DNA of 64,000 nt from Caldisericia bacterium (GTDB lineage Bacteria > Caldisericota > Caldisericia > JAAYUI01), in assembly GCA_963674785.1 (NCBI GenBank), contig OY771555.1:725845-789844 (forward strand), written 5' to 3'. Positions within the stretch are counted from its first letter, which is position 1, and every line of letters begins with the position of its first letter. Both the position numbers and the translations under genes were made by a program. Below, in pieces: positions 8,971 through 17,500 of the stretch. The notes beneath the pieces are model-generated. The model was not told where the DNA came from, made no database searches, and saw nothing but the letters and a program-made list of their open reading frames with translations.

Positions 8971-9037
8971 AACCCTCCCTGGTGACTTCGTCACCATCCC
9001 TCCCTATCAAGGAGGGCTTTTTTAGCTCGTCATTCCG
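8971..9037 (+). repeat. composite direct repeat, copy C (3' part only), with terminator-like hairpin 8998-9023
   Basis: 63/67 nt identical to 7254-7320. The hairpin ccctccct/aaggaggg plus a T run sits downstream of the MATE stop. Confidence 0.8.
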
Positions 9038-9230
9038 GGCTTGACCCGGAATCCAGGATTATTTTAGAATCATGAAATATCTTGAGGGGAGTTATTGATG
9101 AAAGAGGGGTTTATTTCGCCAAAAAAAAGAATGCGGTTTTTTCATACCCTGGATGCCGAATCAAGTGCGGCATGACGGGGGAGAGGTGTGGCATGATGGG
9201 GGAGAAGGGTGTGGAATGACGAATAGTGAG
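9029..9230. repeat. palindromic element cluster, including a solo GIY-YIG 5'-flank-like segment
   Basis: gtcattccgggcttgacccggaatccaggattattttagaatcatgaaatat (9029-9080) parallels 6844-6895, which leads directly into the GIY-YIG ATG. An inverted copy cctggatgccgaatcaagtgcggcatgacg sits at 9138-9167. Degenerate GGMATGAYG half-sites extend to 9226. Confidence 0.7.
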
Positions 9231-10193
9231 TTATTTGGAAACTGAAATCCAGGAACTCTCGACAGCTGTTTTCAAGTCACCCCAGTTATCTTCAAGATTC
9301 TTGCGGCTTTCATATCGGCGTGATAAATACCTGCCGTACATTTTCACGATGAATGCTGGGAATTTTGAAATATCTTTACCTTTGTTTATGTGCCCCGCGA
9401 GCTCCATTCCAGAATCAAATGCCTGCTGGATTCCAGCACCTGTGAGAGGGTCTGTGAGCCCGGCTGCATCACCAATTAAAACTGTGTGGTCAGCAGCCTC
9501 AGGTGTGAGACCATAAAGCGGGATGAGTCCAGCGGAAATCTCTAAACTGTCACCTGTTACAAGGTTTATGTTTTTAAGATGGTTTATGAAAAAATGCAGA
9601 GCATCACGAAGATTATCGGTTGCACCTATCCCAACATTTGCAAACTGCCCTTTTGGGAAAAGCCATCCGTAACCTTGCTTTATTTCATCCATAAAAAAGA
9701 TTTTTGTGAAGTTGTATTCTGCTGTTGCTTTCATCAAGACATTGACTGCCGGAAGAACAGGGGCGACTGGAAGCCCGTGTGATTTCCTGACAATAGACAT
9801 TGGGCCATCTGCACCAACAATGATGTTACCCCTATAACTCCCTTTTTCTGTGATGACAGAATGCCCATCAATACTCCTGACATTTTCACCAAGGTGGATT
9901 GTTGTGTTATCGAGGGATTCAAGAAGTGATTTCTGCCATGATTTGCGGTCAATAATTTTTCCGGGGAATTTCATGTTTGTGCTGACATCACCGTAATGGG
10001 TGATCATGGCGGAGGTTTTTGTGATAGCAGTTTCTTTGAAAAGTGCAGGCACCCACTCGGCACAGGAAATCTTGTTGTGGGGTTTATCGTGTCTATCAAG
10101 AAGCAGAACCTTCAAGGATTTATCAAGGTTTCCCGCAAGAGAGAGTCCTGCGGGGCCTGCCCCAACTATTATAATATCAAAATCAATCGTCAT
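9231..10193 (-). CDS. FAD-dependent oxidoreductase, geranylgeranyl-reductase family-like
   Basis: I start it at ATG 10193 (MTIDFDIIIVGAGPAGLS, a GxGxxG dinucleotide fold) rather than at 10331. Further motifs are GADGPMSIVR, GYGWLFPKG..ANVGIG and LIGDAAGLTDPLTGAGI. The start overlaps the stop of the upstream gene (ATGACGATTGA). Confidence 0.8.
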   Translation of the reverse strand: MTIDFDIIIVGAGPAGLSLAGNLDKSLKVLLLDRHDKPHNKISCAEWVPALFKETAITKTSAMITHYGDVSTNMKFPGKIIDRKSWQKSLLESLDNTTIHLGENVRSIDGHSVITEKGSYRGNIIVGADGPMSIVRKSHGLPVAPVLPAVNVLMKATAEYNFTKIFFMDEIKQGYGWLFPKGQFANVGIGATDNLRDALHFFINHLKNINLVTGDSLEISAGLIPLYGLTPEAADHTVLIGDAAGLTDPLTGAGIQQAFDSGMELAGHINKGKDISKFPAFIVKMYGRYLSRRYESRKNLEDNWGDLKTAVESSWISVSK

Positions 10194-11226
10194 ACTCGTA
10201 TGTAACAAGCTCGTCTCTGATTGCCTCAATCTCCTCAGGAGTTGGCACAAATGGGAAGTTTCTGAATTCCTCAGATGGTCTTTCATTTGCAAAAGGTCTG
10301 TTACAGGCGACTTCGCCGTCATTTCCAACACAACCTGAGGTCATGAATGGTCTTCCAGATTCAACAAATTCCTCAGTGTCTGCACCAAAGTCTGTCACAC
10401 GGTCACGATCATCAAACTTCATTTTTGTGATGTGAGTTGCTCCCTCATCAATCATATATCTTGCGAGTTGAATTCTTCTGTATGTTGGGATTGTTGGTCT
10501 TGGATGATTTCTGAGTGCTGAGCTTGGTTCAGGGTAGAACGAGAAAAGATGTGTTTCCCCACCCATATCCTTTATTTTCTGGATGGATGAGATCATCTCT
10601 TTTTCGGTTTCACCAAGTCCAACAACATAGTGGCTTCCGACATTTCCCTCACCAAAGGTTCTAAGTGCTGCTTCAAACAAGTCCCAATACTTCTGCCAGC
10701 TGTGTGGGCCACCGACATTTTTACCGCGGTGTTTGACAAAAAGCTCTTCAGTAGCTGTATCGATTGCGATTCCAATTTTATCGATCCCTGCCTCTTTTAG
10801 CTTTGGGAAATCTGAATCAAACATGACAGTTGGTGATACAAGACCAGAAACAGGAACATCACTTACTTTTCTGATTCTTTTTGTGATTTCGATTGTGTCT
10901 TCAACAGATTTTCTTCTTGTGATCATCGAGATACAGACACGTTTTACGACATCATCTCCCTTTTCGACAATCTTCTGAATTACTTCATCTGTTGAATGCA
11001 GAGGCCATGCCACCCTTATGAAGGATTTTTCCTCATATTCTCCCTCTCGCTTTGCCTGCAATCCACAGTATGCACAGTTTGCCGAACATCCTTCTGGATA
11101 TGTTAGCAGGATATTGATGCAGTAAAGCTTTGCGTCTCTGTAGAAGCTGCCACCCATAAGGTCGAGTGTCATTGCAGCCGCTTGACTCAATCGAACATAA
11201 TCTGGACTTGATTGGTTGTTACTCAT
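10183..11226 (-). CDS. radical SAM protein (biotin-synthase-related type)
   Basis: 347 aa. It has the CSANCAYCG CxxxCxxC cluster motif near the N-terminus and TIM-barrel-like periodicity. It is translationally coupled to the reductase gene. Confidence 0.8.
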   Translation of the reverse strand: MSNNQSSPDYVRLSQAAAMTLDLMGGSFYRDAKLYCINILLTYPEGCSANCAYCGLQAKREGEYEEKSFIRVAWPLHSTDEVIQKIVEKGDDVVKRVCISMITRRKSVEDTIEITKRIRKVSDVPVSGLVSPTVMFDSDFPKLKEAGIDKIGIAIDTATEELFVKHRGKNVGGPHSWQKYWDLFEAALRTFGEGNVGSHYVVGLGETEKEMISSIQKIKDMGGETHLFSFYPEPSSALRNHPRPTIPTYRRIQLARYMIDEGATHITKMKFDDRDRVTDFGADTEEFVESGRPFMTSGCVGNDGEVACNRPFANERPSEEFRNFPFVPTPEEIEAIRDELVTYEYDD

Positions 11227-11379
11227 GCAACAGAGTTTGACATAATGGTTTGTTCATTTCAAGGAAGGTTGATATGGTGTGTTTTTATTACGAAAAAATT
11301 GATTAATCCAAATTATTCTCATTATTCCAGTCTCTTATCTCCGTTGACATTCTTTCCACAGCAAGTATCTTTTATAAGC

Positions 11380-14142
11380 ATGGTGGTTAATTTCTTTCGA
11401 CGAAATCTTGCGACACTCCTTGCACTAATTCTCTTAGTGTCGGTCGTGCCAAAAGTTAGTGCTATAAACCCATCCCTTGGAAGTTGGGGGCTTGGTTATG
11501 GTCTGCTTGAAAGCCCTGTTGGTATTGCTGCTGGTGGCGGGATGGTTTTTGTCTCAGATGATGAAAAAGACGCAATCATTGTTATGGATACTGAAGGCAA
11601 TCTCATCACAGAGAAAAATAAGTTTAACGGAAAAGAAATTAAACCAGCTGGTCTGTATTTTTCAAAAGATTCAATTTTGTATGTCACTGACATGCTAAAT
11701 GACAGATTGTTGATCCTAACTCCGAACCTCGATCTGATTTCTGAGGTATCTGAAAGTGAGATGAAAATCTCCGACCCAGTTGATGTCACTCTCGGAGATA
11801 ACTCATATATATATGTGTTGTCGTCGGCAGACAGGAAAGTGTCGATTTTGACAAGCCATGGAAAGTATCTTCGTACAATTCTTTCCCCTGGTGTTTTTTC
11901 TGGTCAGCTTGCATCCCCCAGAGGGATTGATATCTCTGGAGAGTTGATTGCGATTTCTGATATGGGTGTTGGTAAAGCAAAGATAATTTCAGAATCACGT
12001 GGCGAACTCCGAACATATGGGATACCTGGAACTTATCCAAGTTCACTTTCAGCCCCTTCTGATGTATGCATGGATTCTACGGGTAATCTGTATGTTGTTG
12101 ATAAAAATAATAATGATATTGCAGTTTATCCCAAAAGCGGGTTAGAGCCTTTTTCCTGGGGAAGATACGGTAAGGTTGGCAAGGCTGTTGACTTCTTTTT
12201 TTCAGATATTGAGCCCAGAGACTTTTCAGATTCACCAGGCAGACTCTGTAGACCCACCTCAATTTCTATTGATGGTGACTGCGTATACATCGCTGATACG
12301 GGAAATTCTCGAATCCTTGTGACATCGCTTTCGGAGATTTGGAGAATCCCAAGAATTTCGCTTGAGTTTTTTTCAAGTCAGAGGCTTGATGTTCCAAGGA
12401 TGATTGCATCACCAAGTACTCTTCATTTTGGTAATGTCGATGGAACTCTTACAAAATATGTGAATCTCGAGTTGACAAACAATCCAACCTCAATCGGACG
12501 TGCTTATATCCGTGGTGACAAATCAATCACCGTTGAACCAGAGATTTTTACTGGTTCTAATGTTAGGTTTAAAGTAACAGTCAACAGCAAGACCACCATA
12601 AAGAATATAAATTCAACCCTTGTTATCGAATCTATCACCGATTCAATCGATATTCCCCTTAGTGGAACTCACTCAAAATCTCCCGGTATTTTCTTTTCTT
12701 GCAACTCACAGTGTAGAGCTCAGATGAGAGATGAGGGTGCTTATGTTTCACTTGAGCTTGTTTCTCAAAATGGTTTTTCAGGGGATGTGAAGCTTTCCGC
12801 AACTCAACCAATTTATTCACCAGTCTGGGCAAGACCGGCAACAGATGTTGAAGATATCAAACTTACAACCGTCGGAATTAACTTCCGTCAGGAGACTATT
12901 TCCCTAAGCTCTTCTGAGAAGAAAATGACCTCTCTGTCTGTTTATGAATCGGGAAGACTCAGATCAGGTGTTTATTATTTTTCTGTTTTTGCTGAATCTG
13001 CCAATGATCCTTCCATTAAAGCTATCCACTCTATAACACTATATATAGAGAGTGAATCGACTGGTGATGTTCAAGGCACAGTACTCTATGAAACATTTAC
13101 AGCTCATTGGTGCAGTCCATGTGGTTATCATCGCGAGGCATCCTACAGACTTGCTGAGGAATATGGTCGAAGAAATATTATGCCTATAGCCTTCCATGTG
13201 ATGGATGAGGATGATGAAACTGGCATGACAACTGATTTGAACTTTTCAAGATTCAAAATGTATGGAGGAACAGGCGTCCCCCTTTCAGTCATGAATGGAA
13301 AAACTCTAAATGTTTCTGGCAACGGGGAGGTTGGTTCAAAATTTGCCCCGGATCGAATAAGGGGAAGAAAATACTCTGGAACGACTTTTGAATATTGGAA
13401 ACTGAGAGCGGAGTATAATTCAATTCCAAGAGTAAATCCTTTGATAATCAAGCTCTCTGCTGAGATTGATGACAAAGGGGAAGGCTCTGTATACCTGAGA
13501 GTCGATGAGTCAAAATCCAATAGAGGACGCTTGGCGAGGGTTTATTTTTTAATTGTTGAAGATGGGATTGAATATTATGCCGAAAATGGTGAAATTCAGC
13601 ACAACTTCGTTGTGAGGGATTTTTTAAAGCCAAATGAGACAGAGTCACCCTATTCAGATATTGTTCTTGGCAAGGAAAGAAATATCAACTTCAGTTTTGA
13701 GCTTCCGGATATGAATGAAGGCTTCGAGTTGAATCCCGACAATCTCACGTTGGTTGCTATTGTTGAGGACATAAAAACAAAAAATATTATCGGAAGCCAC
13801 TGGATGGATTTGTCCGCCCCCGTGATTTGTACATCTGAACTGTTCACGTCTGGTGATACCTCGCTTAATAGGGGTGCACAGTCAAAGGTCTATATTCATA
13901 TAAGCAACATTGGAAGTTGTACAAAGTCCTTTGGAATCAATGTTTCCTTAGGTAGTGAATATATGGACATGGAATTGACCGATAACTTTTTTGTGATTAC
14001 TCCAGGCGAGACTAAAACGGCAACATTATATCTTTCGCTTCTAAAGGTGATTGATAATAAAAATGATTTATTTATCGATATTTCTGCCAAAGACAGTGAC
14101 AATAAAACCTACACAAAAAAGGTAGTTTTTGGTAGTAAATAA
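11380..14142 (+). CDS. secreted NHL-repeat beta-propeller protein with a C-terminal thioredoxin-like (WCSPC) region
   Basis: I start it at ATG 11380 (MVVNFFRRNLATLLALILLVSVVPKVSA signal peptide), not at 11212. It has about 6 NHL-type blades (PVGIAAGGGMVFVSDD, PAGLYFSKDSILYVTD, PRGIDISGELIAISD, PSDVCMDSTGNLYVVD, PTSISIDGDCVYIADTGNSRILV). The WCSPC motif is at 13108-13122. Confidence 0.8.
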   Translation: MVVNFFRRNLATLLALILLVSVVPKVSAINPSLGSWGLGYGLLESPVGIAAGGGMVFVSDDEKDAIIVMDTEGNLITEKNKFNGKEIKPAGLYFSKDSILYVTDMLNDRLLILTPNLDLISEVSESEMKISDPVDVTLGDNSYIYVLSSADRKVSILTSHGKYLRTILSPGVFSGQLASPRGIDISGELIAISDMGVGKAKIISESRGELRTYGIPGTYPSSLSAPSDVCMDSTGNLYVVDKNNNDIAVYPKSGLEPFSWGRYGKVGKAVDFFFSDIEPRDFSDSPGRLCRPTSISIDGDCVYIADTGNSRILVTSLSEIWRIPRISLEFFSSQRLDVPRMIASPSTLHFGNVDGTLTKYVNLELTNNPTSIGRAYIRGDKSITVEPEIFTGSNVRFKVTVNSKTTIKNINSTLVIESITDSIDIPLSGTHSKSPGIFFSCNSQCRAQMRDEGAYVSLELVSQNGFSGDVKLSATQPIYSPVWARPATDVEDIKLTTVGINFRQETISLSSSEKKMTSLSVYESGRLRSGVYYFSVFAESANDPSIKAIHSITLYIESESTGDVQGTVLYETFTAHWCSPCGYHREASYRLAEEYGRRNIMPIAFHVMDEDDETGMTTDLNFSRFKMYGGTGVPLSVMNGKTLNVSGNGEVGSKFAPDRIRGRKYSGTTFEYWKLRAEYNSIPRVNPLIIKLSAEIDDKGEGSVYLRVDESKSNRGRLARVYFLIVEDGIEYYAENGEIQHNFVVRDFLKPNETESPYSDIVLGKERNINFSFELPDMNEGFELNPDNLTLVAIVEDIKTKNIIGSHWMDLSAPVICTSELFTSGDTSLNRGAQSKVYIHISNIGSCTKSFGINVSLGSEYMDMELTDNFFVITPGETKTATLYLSLLKVIDNKNDLFIDISAKDSDNKTYTKKVVFGSK

Positions 14143-14319
14143 GTTACAGATATGTATATATTCATATCACAATGTGTAAATCATGTACAGCATGTGTTAC
14201 TGGAACTCAAAATTACCCACTTTCATGAATATCCGCGTATAGTATTCTCTAATAAATCCGTGCTTTGGTACAGAATAACAGGCTATCTGTGCTGGCACAG
14301 AATTTGCATTATGTAGTCT

Positions 14320-14589
14320 CGGAAGGTGTACGTGCTACGCCAGACGTGGTTTTTTGTTCTACCCGTCCTGGTGTGTGCGGGTGGCGGTGATGATGCCCGA
14401 CATCTGTACAAGCGTGCGACTTCTGCGATACGTTTGACCAGCATTTATCTACACACACCTATGTGGTTTGGTGTGTGCTTTGGCTCAAAGTAATGAGTCG
14501 GTTTATGTTGTTGTGGTCACTGATGGTCAGGACAGGAAGCTGTTCTGAAGTCCTCTTCCGGGCTTAAACCTATGTGAAGGAGAGCTTAA
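14320..14589 (+). promoter_or_regulatory. long GC-richer leader upstream of giant gene 1, candidate structured 5' UTR
   Basis: The non-coding gap is 447 nt (14143-14589). GGTGTGTGC occurs twice exactly 100 nt apart (14370-14378 and 14470-14478), flanking the complementary CACACACC (14452-14459). SD GAAGGAGAG sits at 14577-14585. Confidence 0.35.
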
Positions 14590-17500
14590 ATGAGAAAATT
14601 TGTAACATTTATGGTCGCATTAACACTTGTAGTGGCGGCTCTGGTACCTGCATTCTCTATCGTCAATGCTGACGGAGACAGAATCAGGGAAGGTGAACCA
14701 AACACACCTGCAACTATGGCTGCAGTCAGGTGGCATAAGGTCGGTTATGATCATGAAGGTAATATGCTTAACCCAAGCACCCTCGATCATACAGAGGTTG
14801 AAAGGGCTGGGCTTGATGGTACCGGGTACAGATTCTTCCCCTGGCAGGATGATGGTGAACAGATTTGGGGAAGGGCATCTGATGATGTGGCTTATGAGAT
14901 GCCACGTTTATTACCAACTTCTGGAAGTCATGACTGGCTTGGTAGATTTGACGCATCTAACTATGATTTCGACTACGATAATTCAGCTAACAACTATGCG
15001 TGGTGGACTGTTTTATACCTCAACATCGAACCAGATTCCGGTAATTCCCAGGAATATAAAAAATGGTATGTAGTAATCGATCGTGATGGAAATGCCTGGT
15101 TTGACCCAGACGGAAAATTCCATCGTTGCGAACTCGATTCATCCGCAGACCCAATGTATTATGAGCCAGGTTCACTTACATACGTCGAGGGTTCATGTCG
15201 TACAAACCCAAAGGCTCTTCTTGACCCAATCCCAAGCAATAACACACAGGGACCATACAACCTTAAATTCGGTTCAAGAGCTGCTCTCGATAGAATTTAT
15301 TTCTGGTGGAAGTATGACACAAATGGAAACCTTGTAGACAGAGTATGGAGACTTGGTTGGTCAGACATGGTCGACTACGATCCTGCACCAAACCTTGAGC
15401 ACGGTGTTTGGGACCCAACAAACTCAGATACATGGTCAGTTGTTTCGTATATTCCAACATATGACCCCTACACAAAAACACATATTCCAGATGCAGATGT
15501 AGATTGGGATGCAAAGCTTGACACAATCCCATTCTCACTCTCAGCAGATCCTGTGTGGCCAAATGTCACAGAGGGCGTAGAGTGTTATCATGATGCAAAT
15601 GGCAACGGTGTCTATGATCCTTATGAGTTCATCTACAGAAAAGGTGCCGGATTCCCAGTAGGTCTCTTCACCTCATCAGTTCAGCCTGGTGATGTGAGAG
15701 TCACAAATGTAAGCACAGAAAATGGAATCTTCAAACAGAACCTTAGAGCAGGATCTGTTGTTGGTGGAGATGAGTTTGATGTTGGTGCAGTACTCCTCCC
15801 ATTCAACCACATGAACCCTCCATCCGGATATCCAACATATGTGCATACACATGGCAAGGGAACAATCGATGGCAGATTTGATGATGGTGAGTTCATCTAC
15901 TGGAAAGGTGCCGCTTCAACAACATTTGGAAACACATGGCTTGAAGTCCCTGCAGTACCAGGTTCAACCGTTATTGCTGTTGCATCAGTAAACGGATTCG
16001 ATCTTGCTGATGAAGTTGCCCTTTACGATCCGCTCACTGGAACATACTTCACCTCAACAATCGATGACATTGATACAACTGTAACTCCTCCACTCATCAC
16101 ACTCGATAATGCAGTTACATTCGCATTCCCACTCTACTCATCATTCTTTGAGATTGGTGAAGTAGAGATCGGTGACATCAGACTTACAACTGTCAACGAG
16201 AGACACAACAACAATACAAGATCATGGGATTGGCACGGCACATGGTGGACAGATGCACTTATCCTTCTCGAGGTTCTCGAGGGTGGATGTCATACACCAC
16301 TTTATAACATCACTGTTGAATCAAACCTTTGGATGGGTGGATACCCAACAAATGGTGAATTTGAAAAGGGTGATGTTCCATCTGAGGCAACTGCAGCACT
16401 CCACTCACCAAATGGTGACATTGTAGCAGCAGCTCAGAGAATTCAGAAAACAACCGTCCTTGACCCAACAGGTTTCGAGTTCGAAGTCCCAGCAACAACA
16501 TTTGAGAACATCAAACTTGAGTATAGAGAATATCTTGGACTTGAAATATTCAAAGATGATGGAATCAACAACAACGTTGGTGAACCACAGTTCACAGTAA
16601 ACTGTGTCCGCGGAGACATTGTTGATGACTATTATGTGTACGACAGCACAGAAGAGTTTGTTGGCGCAGACGATGTCGAAACACAGCTTGACTTTGAATG
16701 GTCAAGACAGACACAGTCATTCTCAAACCTTGAGATGTTTGTTGATGTCAGTGGCGAAGGCGCACTTGGTGTTGGAGAGCCAATCTATCTTGATGAAGAC
16801 CTTTCAAATTCAATCTCAGCAGGCGACCTCAGAATCACTGATGTTGAAGTCGTCAGAGGCGACAGCAACATCATCGCTTATCCATCAGGATCAAGAGTAA
16901 CTGCCGGTGACGCTGATGTTGATTATTTCACAACCTTCCCAGCAATCGGTACTCCAGAACTCAGCCCAATGCCAGCGGGCGTAGAATACTACGACCAGGC
17001 TCATGGATGTGTTCCTCCAAATGATACATATGATATTGGTGAGCCAATCTATTATCAGGCTCCATCAACCGGTATCGCAACACTCTATTCAAACGATTTT
17101 AATAACCAGAACAACCCAACAGGAACCGCACCAAACCTTACATTCCATGACAACACAGGTCCTGGTTCTGCTTTAAGTTATCCAGCATATAGCTTCACAA
17201 ACACCGTTGATAACTGGGGTGAGCTTGACGAAACAAACTCCGGTCTCTTCATTAATGGTGGTGCAGCTACATCAGTTACTGACAGAGAGAATAATGATCC
17301 TGGCGGACAGATTGGAAACCCTTCAGCCGGTAATTTCGAAGTCTGTTTCTTTGATGATAATGCTCCTCCAGTTGGTGCAACAAGATGTAGTGAGCTTTAT
17401 TCCGGTACAATCATCCTTAATCCATCACTTGGCATGGAAGACAACAAGATATTCACAGCTGATGTATTTACAGAACCAAATCCTGCATGTTTGAGTGATT

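Noticed and set aside
6651-9230. The clustered palindromic repeats could be a CRISPR array.
   Set aside because: The repeats are not identical, have irregular spacing and both orientations, and show no unique spacers of constant length. No cas genes are present. They fit REP/MITE-like elements instead.
14152-14316. An unlisted 54-codon ORF (MYIFISQCVNHVQHV...) sits in the leader before G1.
   Set aside because: It has no Shine-Dalgarno sequence, starts 10 nt after the upstream stop, and has odd Cys/His/aromatic composition with no recognisable motif. I treat the region as non-coding leader or promoter.
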